Positions 8,250 to 17,490 of a stretch of DNA of 32,000 nt are shown here, piece by piece (the first letter of the stretch is position 1; the number at the start of each line of letters is the position of its first letter). Below the pieces are notes generated by a model, which did no database searches, was not told the DNA's origin, and worked only from the letters and a program-made list of their open reading frames with translations. This DNA comes from Elusimicrobia bacterium GWD2_63_28 (GTDB taxonomy: Bacteria; Elusimicrobiota; Elusimicrobia; Elusimicrobiales; UBA9959). Location: the NCBI GenBank assembly GCA_001799895.1, contig MGUI01000052.1, forward strand, positions 87,029 to 119,028, read 5' to 3'. Made by a program: the position numbers and the translations under genes.

Positions 8250-9334
8250 TTCAGGGCCCCTTCGAAGGCTTTCTTGAGCAGCGGGGCGTCCAGGTTCTCG
8301 GCGGGGCAGAGGCGGCCCGGGCCGGCTATCAGCACGAAGCGGTTGTCCGCGCCGCGCGCCTTCTTGTCGCGCGAGACCAGCGAAAGGAAATGACGGAAAT
8401 CCCGGCGCACGGCTGCGGGCTTCAGGCGCAGCGCTTCCACCAGCGCGTCCAGCTTCAGGAAATCGGCGCGTTTCAGGATGCCGGTTTCCCGGGAAGCTAT
8501 GAGCGCGAAGCGGATGCCGCGCGCCACGGCGTCGCCGTGAGGAAGCTTGCCCCCGGACATGGCCTCGAAGGCGTGGCCGGCGGTGTGGCCGAAGTTCAGC
8601 GCCTCGCGCACGCCGCGCTCGTCGCGCTCGTCGGTGGCCACCAGCTTCAGCTTGTAGGCGGCGCAGGCGCTGACGCAGCCCGTCAGGGCCGACTTGTCGC
8701 CCGCCAGGGTCTTGGAAAGATTCTTCTTTATCACCGCGGCCAGCGCGGCCGGGCCTATCATCGCGTATTTCACCAGCTCGCCCGCGCCGGAGCGCAGCTC
8801 GGCGTGCGGCAGGGAATCCAGGAAGGCCGTGTCGCAGACGGCCAGCGCCGGCTGGTGGAAGGTCCCGGCGATATTCTTGGCGCCGGCCAGGTTCACCGCC
8901 GTCTTGCCGCCCAGCCCGGCGTCTATCTGCGCCAGGAAGGTGGTGGGCACGCTCACCCAGGCGATGCCGCGCATGTAGATGGAGGCCGCGAAGCCGGCCA
9001 GGTCCGTCACCGCGCCGCCGCCCGCCGCTATCACCAGCGAATTGCGCGAGAAGCCGCGGTCGAAGAGGAAAGAGCAGAGGCGGCCGGCCTGCTCGAGGGT
9101 CTTGGCCGACTCGGAGGGCGGCAGCCAGAAATAGGCGTGGGGGCTCTTGCCCTCGGGGAACAGCGCCAGCGCCCGCGCGCGCAGGGAGGGCGGGGCGTCG
9201 GAGCCGGTGACCAGGCAGATCTTGTCGGCGGCGCCGAACAGGGCGGGGAACTCCGCGGGGATGTTCGCCAGGCCGCGGCCGAGCGCCGCTTTTACGGTCC
9301 TGGAGGTTGTGAGCTTGAAGCTGAGGGTTTTCAT
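8246..9334 (-). CDS. aroB: 3-dehydroquinate synthase
   Basis: 362 aa. Motifs: GGGAVTDLAGFAASIYMRGI, VPTTFLAQIDAGLGGKTAVN, FGHTAGHA. Confidence 0.92.
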   Translation of the reverse strand: MKTLSFKLTTSRTVKAALGRGLANIPAEFPALFGAADKICLVTGSDAPPSLRARALALFPEGKSPHAYFWLPPSESAKTLEQAGRLCSFLFDRGFSRNSLVIAAGGGAVTDLAGFAASIYMRGIAWVSVPTTFLAQIDAGLGGKTAVNLAGAKNIAGTFHQPALAVCDTAFLDSLPHAELRSGAGELVKYAMIGPAALAAVIKKNLSKTLAGDKSALTGCVSACAAYKLKLVATDERDERGVREALNFGHTAGHAFEAMSGGKLPHGDAVARGIRFALIASRETGILKRADFLKLDALVEALRLKPAAVRRDFRHFLSLVSRDKKARGADNRFVLIAGPGRLCPAENLDAPLLKKAFEGALK

Positions 9335-9876
9335 AATTGCAGCGACCTCTTGAGTTTGACCGCGGTCTGCGCCGGGTTCAGCCCGGCCACGTTCACGATT
9401 ATATCCGCCCGGCGGTAGTAGGGCAGGCGGGCTTCGTAGAGCTTTTTGGCCCGGGGGGCGGCTTCGGCCCAGGGGCCGGCCAGCAGCGGGCGCCCGGCGC
9501 GCGAGGACTTGAGCCGCTCCTCCAGCTCCGGCCAGGGGCAGTACAGGAACACGGTGAGCCCGGCTTTTTTAAGCAGCGCCGCGCGGCTTCCCGACGGGTA
9601 GAAGCCGCCGCCCAGGGCTATCACCTGGCCGTCGCTCTCCGCCAGTGAGCGCACCAGCGCGGTCTCGAGCGTCCTGAAATGGCCGAGGCCTTTCTTGTTT
9701 ATGAGGTCGGCGGGGGAGGCGCCGTGTTTCCTTTCAAGCAGGGCGTCGCAGTCGGCGAAGGGGCGCTTCAGGGCGCGCGCCAGCGCCGCGCCGGACCGGG
9801 TCTTGCCGGCGCACATGAAGCCAGTGAGGCAGATATTTATAACCGGCCCAGTACGCGGCCCGTTTCTTTGCGCCAT
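9331..9876 (-). CDS. aroK: Shikimate kinase
   Basis: 181 aa with Walker A GFMCAGKTRSG. The annotated ATG overlaps the aroC 3' end by 40 nt, so the true start may lie slightly downstream. Confidence 0.85.
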   Translation of the reverse strand: MAQRNGPRTGPVINICLTGFMCAGKTRSGAALARALKRPFADCDALLERKHGASPADLINKKGLGHFRTLETALVRSLAESDGQVIALGGGFYPSGSRAALLKKAGLTVFLYCPWPELEERLKSSRAGRPLLAGPWAEAAPRAKKLYEARLPYYRRADIIVNVAGLNPAQTAVKLKRSLQL

Positions 9877-10859
9877 TCGTCCAATCTCCGCTTCAGCTCT
9901 CCGAGGGAATCCCCGCCGAATTTTTCCAGCAGCGCATCCGCCAGCTCCAGGGCGGCGGCGTGCTCGGCCACCACGGCGGCGGCGAACACGGCCGTGGTGT
10001 CGGAAGTGCTTGAAACGCTGAGCTTCCGCTTGAAAGTTTTCAGGTCCGTGGAGGGCGCCCCGCCCGGCAGGCCGGGCACGGGCTTTACCGCGCAGCGCAG
10101 GATAAGCCCGCGGCCGTTGGTCATGCCGCCGTCCAGGCCGCCGGAGAGCTCAGGGTACTCCGAGGCCTCGATGCCGCCCAGTTCGGCCAGCGCGAAGCCG
10201 CCGCCGATCTCGAAGCCTTTTACGCCGTTCACGCCCAGCAGGGCCGCGCCCAGCCGCGCGCCCAGGCGCCTGTCGGCCTGCGCGCAGCTGCCGAGGCCGG
10301 CCGGCAGTCCTTCCACTGAAAGTTCGAAGACTCCGCCCAGGGTGTCGCCGGCGGAGCGGGCGCGCAGCAGCTCGGCCGCGGCCGTCGCCGCGGTAATGGA
10401 GGGCAGGCGGCCCAGGCTGAGCACGCGCGAATTGATAGCTATGCCCAGCAGCTCGTGCAGCCGCAGGGCGAAGGAGCCCAGCGCCGTCCGCGCGGCCGTC
10501 TCCCGGGCGCTGGCGCGCTCGCGGATGAGGACGGCGTTGAGCGTATTGTATTTCAGCATGCCCGCCAGGTCGGCGTGGCCGGGGCGCGGCAGGCTCGACG
10601 GCGGGGGCAGGTCGCGCCCGGCGTTCTTTATCAGCACGGTTATGGGGGCGCCGGTGGTGACGCTCCCGCTGAGGCCGGAAATTATCTCGAAGTCGTCGGT
10701 CTCTTTGGCCTGGCGGGCGCCGCGGCCGGGGGCCAGGCGGCGGCGCCGCAGCTGGGCGGCCAGGTAGCCTGAAGGCATTTTCACTCCGGCGGGGAAGCCC
10801 TCCAGGATGCCGGTCAGAAATCTGCCGTGCGATTCGCCGGCGGTGAGGTAGCGCAGCAT
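9837..10859 (-). CDS. aroC: Chorismate synthase
   Basis: 340 aa. The N-terminal signature is MLRYLTAGESHG, followed by PGHADLAG and RERASARETAARTA-type motifs. Confidence 0.92.
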   Translation of the reverse strand: MLRYLTAGESHGRFLTGILEGFPAGVKMPSGYLAAQLRRRRLAPGRGARQAKETDDFEIISGLSGSVTTGAPITVLIKNAGRDLPPPSSLPRPGHADLAGMLKYNTLNAVLIRERASARETAARTALGSFALRLHELLGIAINSRVLSLGRLPSITAATAAAELLRARSAGDTLGGVFELSVEGLPAGLGSCAQADRRLGARLGAALLGVNGVKGFEIGGGFALAELGGIEASEYPELSGGLDGGMTNGRGLILRCAVKPVPGLPGGAPSTDLKTFKRKLSVSSTSDTTAVFAAAVVAEHAAALELADALLEKFGGDSLGELKRRLDEWRKETGRVLGRL

Positions 10860-10860
10860 G

Positions 10861-11703
10861 TTAAAACCCCTTGTTCGATCTCAGAAGCGCCAGGGCTTCC
10901 TTTTTAAATTCTACTATATCGCCGGCCGGCAGGCCCGACCAGTATTTAAGGGACAGCGCCGCCTGCCAGACCAGCAGGGAGAGGCCGTCTATCGCCGCGG
11001 CGCCGGCCGCGGCGGCGGCCCTGCTGAATTCAGTGCCGCCCGGGGCGTAGGCCAGGTCGGCGCAGAGGACCCCCGGTTGCGGTTCGTAAGGCGGGCGGCC
11101 CGGCTGGTACATGCCGAGCGGCGTGGCGTTCACCACAAGGCCGGGCGCGCCGGCCGGCGCGCCGAAAGGCGCCGCGGAGAAAACGGTTTTGGGGAAAGCT
11201 TCGGCCAGCTGTGCCGCCAGGGCGGACGCCGCCCCTGAGTTGCGGGCGTAAAAGGTGACCGAGGCCGCCGCCGAGCGGCCGAGCGCCCAGCCGGAGGAAG
11301 CCGCTCCGCCGCCGGAGCCGAAGACCGCGGCGTCCCTGCCCGCGGCGGAGAAACCAACTTCTTCCAGCGCGCCGATCAAAGCCCGCGCGTCGGTGTTCAG
11401 GCCCTCCAGCCCGGCCCGGCCGAAGCGGACGGTGTTGACCGAGCCGCATGCCCTGGCGGCCGGGTCGGACAGCGTCAGCATGGCGCAGACGGCTTTTTTA
11501 TGCGGAATAGTGACATTGAAGCCCGCCCAGCCGCCTGCCCGCAGCGCGGGGATGAGATTCTGCAGGTCCTGCGGGGTGCAATCCAGCGGGCTGTAGCTGA
11601 TCTCCGCCCCGGTCAGCGCCGCGAAAACGGCGAAGACGTCCGCGGAAAGGGATTTGGAAACAGGGTGGCCTAACAGCCCCGCCTTGATCTGCTTTTTAGA
11701 CAT
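10861..11703 (-). CDS. aroE: Shikimate 5-dehydrogenase
   Basis: 280 aa. Motifs: GLLGHPVSKSLS, FNVTIPHKKA, GLNTD, GSGGGAAS (NADP loop). Confidence 0.9.
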   Translation of the reverse strand: MSKKQIKAGLLGHPVSKSLSADVFAVFAALTGAEISYSPLDCTPQDLQNLIPALRAGGWAGFNVTIPHKKAVCAMLTLSDPAARACGSVNTVRFGRAGLEGLNTDARALIGALEEVGFSAAGRDAAVFGSGGGAASSGWALGRSAAASVTFYARNSGAASALAAQLAEAFPKTVFSAAPFGAPAGAPGLVVNATPLGMYQPGRPPYEPQPGVLCADLAYAPGGTEFSRAAAAAGAAAIDGLSLLVWQAALSLKYWSGLPAGDIVEFKKEALALLRSNKGF

Positions 11704-12668
11704 TATTTGCCGGTTATCGCGCGGAAGGTCTCTATGGAAACGGTCTGCCTGCCGTCGACGCGGGCGGCGAAAGGGTCCGGGCTGGCTTCCATCAGCAGGC
11801 CGTCGGCCCCGGCGCGCAGCGCCTGCCTGGCCAGTGCGGCCGCCAGCGCCCTGTCGCGCGAGGCGTGGCTGGGATCGGCGAGAACGGGCAGGCCGGTGAG
11901 TTTTTTAGCGGCGGCCATCAGCTTGAAATCCAGCAGCGGCCCGCCGGGGCGGGCCAGGGCGTCGCCCCGCTCGCACAGAATTATTTTTTTCGCGCCGCTG
12001 GCCAGCAGATACTCGGCCGACAGCAGCCACTCGGTGAGCGTGGCGCGCAGGCCGCGCTTGAGCAGCACCGCGCGGCCGGAGCGGGCCAGCTCCTTGAGCA
12101 GTTCGTAGTTGCGCATGTTGCGCGCGCCCACCTGCAGGATATCGCAGGCGGCGGCCAGGCGCTGCACCTGGCGGGTGTCGGTGGCCTCGGTCACCAGCGG
12201 CAGGCCGGTGAGCTTTTTAGCTTTGGAAATTATTTTCAGCCCGGGCCAGCCCAGGCCCTGGAAGGCGTACGGCGACGAGCGGGGCTTGAATAGCGCGGCG
12301 CGCAGGGCGTGCGCCCCGGCGGCCTTCAGGGCCAGCGCGGCGGCGAGATAAGACTGCTCGCCCTCAACGGCGCAGGGCCCGGCTATGAAGACGGGGCCGC
12401 GCCTGAAATCGAGCGGCGAGGAGGGGAGCCGCTTCGGCAGGGCGCAGGCCAGCGGGCACAGCTCGGCGTCCGAGAGGACGGCCTTTTCCACTCCGGGCAG
12501 GTTCTCCAGGGCCGGCGCGGCTTCGGCCAGGCGCTGCGGCCTGGCCGCGCTGATCGTGAGGCGCCCGCCGGAGCGTTTTACCGACGCGCCGGGCAGCAGG
12601 CGCGCCGCGGCCCGGGCCAGTTCGGCCGCCGCGGCCGGGGCCAGGTTCTTTTTAAGGAGTATGATCAT
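11703..12668 (-). CDS. aroF: 3-deoxy-7-phosphoheptulonate (DAHP) synthase, type I-beta, with a roughly 95-aa N-terminal regulatory-type extension
   Basis: 321 aa. The catalytic core is FIAGPCAVEGEQ...LFKPRSSPYAFQGLG...LQVGARNMRNYELLKE...LLKRG. The N-terminal extension resembles the ferredoxin-like domain of Thermotoga-type DAHP synthases (inference). Confidence 0.88.
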   Translation of the reverse strand: MIILLKKNLAPAAAAELARAAARLLPGASVKRSGGRLTISAARPQRLAEAAPALENLPGVEKAVLSDAELCPLACALPKRLPSSPLDFRRGPVFIAGPCAVEGEQSYLAAALALKAAGAHALRAALFKPRSSPYAFQGLGWPGLKIISKAKKLTGLPLVTEATDTRQVQRLAAACDILQVGARNMRNYELLKELARSGRAVLLKRGLRATLTEWLLSAEYLLASGAKKIILCERGDALARPGGPLLDFKLMAAAKKLTGLPVLADPSHASRDRALAAALARQALRAGADGLLMEASPDPFAARVDGRQTVSIETFRAITGK

Positions 12669-12916
12669 CCGGCGGCCTGGATCTTCTTCGTCTGCCTGAT
12701 TATCTCGGAGAAAACGGCCCTGGCGGCCCGGGCGTGGATCTTTTTTACGGCGGCCGCGGCATTGGCCAGCACCTGCCGCTCGCGCGCCGGGTCGGAGGCC
12801 TTCGCCTTCAGCGCGCGCAGCGGCGCGGCCAGCGCCAAGCGGCGCGACAGCAGCGCGGCTATGCGCCTGTCGAGCGCGTCGATCTTAAGCCTTGCGGCTT
12901 CAAGCTTAGTGGCCAT
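12665..12916 (-). CDS. Chorismate mutase (AroQ class, stand-alone)
   Basis: 83 aa, all-helical. The pattern LEAARLKIDALDRRIAALLSRRLALA...K.....DPARERQVL is typical of type II chorismate mutase. The stop overlaps the DAHP synthase start (ATGA). Confidence 0.8.
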   Translation of the reverse strand: MATKLEAARLKIDALDRRIAALLSRRLALAAPLRALKAKASDPARERQVLANAAAAVKKIHARAARAVFSEIIRQTKKIQAAG

Positions 12917-12931
12917 AATAGAATTCTATTA
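12916..12931. promoter_or_regulatory. Perfect 16-bp palindrome TAATAGAATTCTATTA in the divergent chorismate mutase / prfB control region
   Basis: Exact self-complementarity. It overlaps the A of the chorismate mutase ATG (12916) and presents TAGAAT (-10-like) on both strands. Neither flanking gene has an SD in the 53-bp AT-rich gap. Confidence 0.5.
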
Positions 12932-12969
12932 AAATACGGCGGGGAATAAAATTGTAAAATAGTCTTATT

Positions 12970-14115
12970 ATGGCCGGAACGCTGGAACTCAAAGATGTAG
13001 TCAACAAGCTGGAAGAGCTCGCCGCCGCGCTGGACGCCGCGTCTAAGCTTTACGGCCTCGAAGCCAAGCGCGCCACGCTGCGCGAGAAAGAGGCCGTCTC
13101 CGGCTCCGGGGATTTCTGGAACGACGCCGCCAAAGCGCAGGTCCTGCTCAAGGAACTCAACGACCTGAAGAAGGGCGTGGAGCTGCTCGATACCGTCGGG
13201 CGCGAGCTGGAGGACTTCAAGGTGCATTTCGAGCTGGCCAAGGACGCCGGCGACGCCGGCGAGCTGGCTGTCATCATGGACGGCCTGCTGGCCGTGGAGA
13301 GGAAACTGAAGATCCTGGACTTCGAGCTGAAGCTGGCCGACCCGGCCGACAAACTGGACGCCATTATCACCATCCACGCCGGGGCCGGCGGCACCGAGGC
13401 CTGCGACTGGGCCCAGATGCTGCTGCGCATGTACACCCGCTGGGCGGAGCAGAAGGGTTTCACCTTCGCCATCACCGACATGCTGGCCGGCGAAGAGGCC
13501 GGCGTGCGCGGCGTGACCGCCATCGTCAAGGGCAGGTACGCCTACGGCTACCTCAAGAGCGAGATAGGCGTGCACCGCCTGGTGCGGATCTCGCCTTTCG
13601 ACGCCAATAAGCGCCGCCATACCTCCTTCTCTTCCATCGACGTGCTGGCGGACATCGACGACACGATCGAGATCAAGATCGAAGACAAAGACCTGAGCTG
13701 GGACACCTTCCGCTCCGGCGGCGCGGGCGGCCAGAACGTCAACAAGGTGGAGACCGCCGTGCGCGTCACGCACGCGCCGTCGGGCATAGTGGTGGCCTGC
13801 CAGATAGAGCGCTCCCAGCACCAGAACCGCGAGACCGCGATGAAGATGCTCAAGGCCAGGCTCTACGAGATAGAGATGGACAAGAAGCGCACGGAGATGG
13901 AGCGCCACTACGACGCCAAGGGCGCCATAGGCTGGGGCCACCAGATCCGCTCTTACGTTTTTATGCCTTACCAGATGGTCAAGGACCTCCGCACCGGCGA
14001 GGAGACCTCGCAGATAGAAGCCGTTATGGACGGCGCGCTGGACCCTTTCATGCACTCCTACCTCACCTGGGCGGCCGGGGGGAAGAAGAAGCGCAACGTC
14101 AGCAGCGAGGATTGA
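12970..14115 (+). CDS. prfB: Peptide chain release factor 2
   Basis: 381 aa in a single uninterrupted frame. It has the RF2-specific SPF (RISPFDA) and the GGQ motif ([16 protein letters not shown]). Confidence 0.93.
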   Translation: MAGTLELKDVVNKLEELAAALDAASKLYGLEAKRATLREKEAVSGSGDFWNDAAKAQVLLKELNDLKKGVELLDTVGRELEDFKVHFELAKDAGDAGELAVIMDGLLAVERKLKILDFELKLADPADKLDAIITIHAGAGGTEACDWAQMLLRMYTRWAEQKGFTFAITDMLAGEEAGVRGVTAIVKGRYAYGYLKSEIGVHRLVRISPFDANKRRHTSFSSIDVLADIDDTIEIKIEDKDLSWDTFRSGGAGGQNVNKVETAVRVTHAPSGIVVACQIERSQHQNRETAMKMLKARLYEIEMDKKRTEMERHYDAKGAIGWGHQIRSYVFMPYQMVKDLRTGEETSQIEAVMDGALDPFMHSYLTWAAGGKKKRNVSSED

Positions 14116-14163
14116 CGCCCCCTCCGCACCCATGCCTTCCGCCGCCCCGAGGATAATATTTAA

Positions 14164-14964
14164 ATGCTGATAGAAACCCATTCCCACCTCAACGACAAGG
14201 CTTTCGACGCCGACCGCGCCGCGGTGACGGACCGCGCCTTCGCCTCCGGCGTCGGAAAGATAGTGGAGATAGCCTGCCAGCCCTCCGAATGGGCTCAGGG
14301 CGAGGCCTTCTGCGCCGCCTATCCCGGCAAAGTCTCCTGCGCCTTCGGGGCGCACCCCGAATACACCAAGACGCTGCCGCCGGACCTGCTGGCGCAGCTG
14401 GAGCTTTACCTGGCCAAACCCTGCGCCGTGGCGCTGGGCGAGGTGGGGATAGACTACTGGTGGGACATCGGCCCCAAAGAGGCGCAGCTGGCGCTGCTGA
14501 ACCTGCAGCTGCCGCTCTGCGCCAAATTCAACAAGCCCGCGGTGTTCCACGCGCGCAACGGCAAAACGCCGGAGCAGAACGCCTACGCCGACCTGCTGGA
14601 GGCGCTGAAGGGCTGGTCCTATAAGCCTGCCCGGCGCTTTCGCGGCGTGCTGCACTGCTTCTCCGGCAACTGGGACGACGCCAGGGCCGGGCTCGACCTG
14701 GGCCTCGCGCTCGGCGTGAACGGCACCTTTACCTATAAAAAGAACGGCTACCTGCGCGATATAGCGCTGAAGGCCGGCATAGACAACCTGGTGCTGGAGA
14801 CGGATTGCCCGTACCTGCCGCCGGAAGGCTCGCGCGGCCAGCGCAACGACCCGTCTTTCATCCCCGAAATAGCGGCCATGGTGGCCGGCCACCTGGGGCT
14901 GAGCAACGGGGGCGTAGCCGACAAGACCACGGCCAACGCTTTCGACCTTTTCGGAGAATTCTAA
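14164..14964 (+). CDS. TatD-family metal-dependent hydrolase
   Basis: 266 aa. Motifs: IETHSHLND, GEVGIDYWW, HCFSG, LETDCPYLPP. SD GAGGA lies upstream. Confidence 0.88.
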   Translation: MLIETHSHLNDKAFDADRAAVTDRAFASGVGKIVEIACQPSEWAQGEAFCAAYPGKVSCAFGAHPEYTKTLPPDLLAQLELYLAKPCAVALGEVGIDYWWDIGPKEAQLALLNLQLPLCAKFNKPAVFHARNGKTPEQNAYADLLEALKGWSYKPARRFRGVLHCFSGNWDDARAGLDLGLALGVNGTFTYKKNGYLRDIALKAGIDNLVLETDCPYLPPEGSRGQRNDPSFIPEIAAMVAGHLGLSNGGVADKTTANAFDLFGEF

Positions 14965-14973
14965 GGAGAATTT

Positions 14974-17490
14974 ATGAGCACGAACGAGATCAAAAAACTG
15001 TTCGCGGAGCGCATCCCCGTCTTCGACGGGGCGATGGGCACCTACCTGCCGGCCTTCGGCCTCAAAGAATCGGATTTCGCCGGCCACGACGGGCTAAACG
15101 AGATGCTGTCCCTCTCCCGCCCCGACGTGGTTACCAAGGTCCACGAAGACTATCTCGCCGCCGGCGCGGACTTCATCGAGACCAACACCTTCGGCGCCAA
15201 CGCGGCCGTGCTGGCCGAATACGGCCTGCAGGCCCGGGTGCGCGAGTTCAACATCGCCTCCGCGCGCCTGGCCAGGGCCGCCGCGGAAAAATATTCCGGC
15301 GACGGCAGGAAGCGCTACGTGGCCGGCTCCGTCGGCCCCACCAACAAGGCCCTGTTCGTCACCGGCGGCCTCTCCTTCGACGAACTGCGCAGCGTCTACC
15401 TGGAGCAGCTGCTGGGCCTCATCGAAGGCGGCGCGGACCTGCTGCTGCTCGAGACCGCGCACGACGTGCTGAATCTGAAGGCGGGGCTGGCCGCGGCGCG
15501 CCTGGCCTTCCAGAAAGCCGGCCGGGACCTGCCCGTGATAGTTTCCGCCACCATGGACGAGCGCAACAAGATGCTGTCCGGCCACGACGCGGAGGCCTTC
15601 TTCGCCGCCGTCGAGCATTTCCCGCTCGCGGCCATCGGCTTCAACTGCTCTACCGGGCCCGAGGGGCTGGGGTTGCGCCTCGAGCGCCTGGCCGCCCGCG
15701 CCCAGTACCCCGTCTTCGCCATGCCCAACGCCGGCCTGCCCGACGAGAACGGCCTCTACCTGCAGACCCCGGAGACCTTCTCCGCCGTGATGGCGGGCTA
15801 CGCTAAAAGGGGGCTGCTCAACGCCGCCGGCGGCTGCTGCGGCACCAACCCGGACCACATAAAGGCCCTCGCCGAAGCCGTAAAAGGCGTAAAGCCGCGC
15901 GTCCCGAACGCCGTCGCCCCCTGGGTGGTGTCCGGCGTGGAGGCCCTGTTCTTCGACGAGATAGAGCCGCCCGCCATGGTGGGCGAGCGCAATAATTCCA
16001 TCGGCTCCAAGAAGTTCCGCGACATGGTGGCCGCCGGGGACTGGGACGGGGCCGTGGCCCTGGCCAAGGCCCAGGCCGGGGCGGGAGCCCATATCCTGGA
16101 CGTCTGCCTGGCCAACCCCGAGCGCAACGAACTGGCCGACGTTAAGACCCTTATCCCCAAGCTGGCCCGCGCGGTGCGCCTGCCCGTCATGACCGACACC
16201 ACCGACACCGCCGTGATGGAAGAGGTGCTCAAAGCCGTGCCCGGCAAGGCGCTGCTGAATTCCGTCAACTTCGAGTTCGGCCTCGAAAAGCCGCGCGCCG
16301 CCGCCGAGCTGGTGAAAACCTACGGCGCCAAGCTGGTGTTCGGCTGCATCGACGAGGACAAGGCGCACGGCCTGCCGCTCGACGCGGAGCGCAAGGTGGC
16401 CATAGCCCGCCGCGCCTACGCCTTCCTCACCGAAGAATGCGGCCTGCAGGCCGGCGACATCGTCTTCGATACGCTGGTGTTCCCGGTGGCCGTCGGCGGC
16501 GAGCACGCCAAAACCGCCCACGAGACCATAAAGGCCATAGAGGCTATAAAAGTGGAATTCCCCGGAGTGAAGACCGTGCTCGGCGTCAGCAATGTCTCTT
16601 TCGGCCTGCCGCCCGCCTCCCGCGAGGTACTCAACTCCGTCTTCCTGCACCACGCCGTGAAGGCCGGGCTGGACCTGGCCATAGTCAACATAGAGAAACT
16701 CAAGCGCTACGCCGGGATCTCCCCAGAGGAGAAGGCGCTGGCCGAGGACCTGATCTTCGCGCGCAAGCCGGACGCGGCGCAGCTCTTCGCCGCGCGCTAT
16801 CGCGACGCCAAGAAAGGCCCGGCCGCCCCGGCTGCGCAGGACGCGCCGCCGGCGGAGAAGCTGCGCCTGGCCGTGCTCAACGGCACGCGCAACGGCATAC
16901 CGGAAGCCGTGGCCGCCCTGCTTCAGACGGAGAACCCGCTCGATATTATCAACGGCCCCGTCATGCAGGCCATGGCCGAGGTGGGCAAACAGTTCTCCTG
17001 CGGCGATTTGATAGTGACCGAGGTGCTGCAGAGCGCCGAGGCGGCCAAGGCCGCCGTCACCGCGCTGGAACCGGCGCTGAAGGCGCAGAAAGCCCCCAAG
17101 CGCGGCCGCGTGCTGCTGGCCACCGTGAAGGGCGACGTGCACGACATCGGCAAGAACCTGGTGGGCATCATCTTCGAGAGCAACGGCTTCGAGGTGGAAG
17201 ACCTCGGCGTGAAAGTGGCGCCGGAGGATATAGCCGCCGCGGCCGCCAAGTCGCGCCCCGACTTCATCGGCCTGTCCGGCCTGCTGGTGCGCTCCTGTGA
17301 GCAGATGACCATCACCGCCCGCGAGCTGGCCCGCGCCGGCGTGAACTGCCCGCTGCTGGTGGGCGGCGCCGCCCTGACGCCCAAATTCACCGAAGCCAAC
17401 ATAGTCCCGAATTACGCCGGGCCGGTCTTCTACGCCAAGGACGCGATGGAGGGCCTCAACTACGTGCTGAAGCTCGGGGTCGCCAAATAG
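14974..17490 (+). CDS. metH: Cobalamin-dependent methionine synthase lacking the C-terminal activation domain
   Basis: 838 aa. Domain order is homocysteine S-methyltransferase, pterin-binding, B12-cap, then B12-binding Rossmann domain with DxHxxG (DVHDIGKN). The protein ends right after the B12 domain. SD AAGGAG lies upstream. Confidence 0.92.
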   Translation: MSTNEIKKLFAERIPVFDGAMGTYLPAFGLKESDFAGHDGLNEMLSLSRPDVVTKVHEDYLAAGADFIETNTFGANAAVLAEYGLQARVREFNIASARLARAAAEKYSGDGRKRYVAGSVGPTNKALFVTGGLSFDELRSVYLEQLLGLIEGGADLLLLETAHDVLNLKAGLAAARLAFQKAGRDLPVIVSATMDERNKMLSGHDAEAFFAAVEHFPLAAIGFNCSTGPEGLGLRLERLAARAQYPVFAMPNAGLPDENGLYLQTPETFSAVMAGYAKRGLLNAAGGCCGTNPDHIKALAEAVKGVKPRVPNAVAPWVVSGVEALFFDEIEPPAMVGERNNSIGSKKFRDMVAAGDWDGAVALAKAQAGAGAHILDVCLANPERNELADVKTLIPKLARAVRLPVMTDTTDTAVMEEVLKAVPGKALLNSVNFEFGLEKPRAAAELVKTYGAKLVFGCIDEDKAHGLPLDAERKVAIARRAYAFLTEECGLQAGDIVFDTLVFPVAVGGEHAKTAHETIKAIEAIKVEFPGVKTVLGVSNVSFGLPPASREVLNSVFLHHAVKAGLDLAIVNIEKLKRYAGISPEEKALAEDLIFARKPDAAQLFAARYRDAKKGPAAPAAQDAPPAEKLRLAVLNGTRNGIPEAVAALLQTENPLDIINGPVMQAMAEVGKQFSCGDLIVTEVLQSAEAAKAAVTALEPALKAQKAPKRGRVLLATVKGDVHDIGKNLVGIIFESNGFEVEDLGVKVAPEDIAAAAAKSRPDFIGLSGLLVRSCEQMTITARELARAGVNCPLLVGGAALTPKFTEANIVPNYAGPVFYAKDAMEGLNYVLKLGVAK

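Noticed and set aside
6493-12932. Plus-strand ORFs of 100-360 aa across the shikimate operon (for example 6493-7530, 8390-9418, 9679-10767, 11865-12293, 12309-12932)
   Set aside because: All overlap well-supported minus-strand aro genes. Their compositions are Arg/Gly/Ala/Pro-rich with no motifs, and none has an SD or independent intergenic space.
12970-13100. The canonical prfB +1 programmed frameshift site (CUU UGA C near codon 25)
   Set aside because: The RF2 N-terminus ([37 protein letters not shown]...) is contiguous in one frame with no in-frame UGA. This gene is simply of the non-frameshifted type found in a minority of bacteria.
12859-17142. Very long minus-strand ORFs of 742 aa (12859-15087) and 682 aa (15094-17142)
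   Set aside because: They are antisense to prfB, the TatD-family gene and metH, all of which carry diagnostic motifs. These are shadow ORFs.
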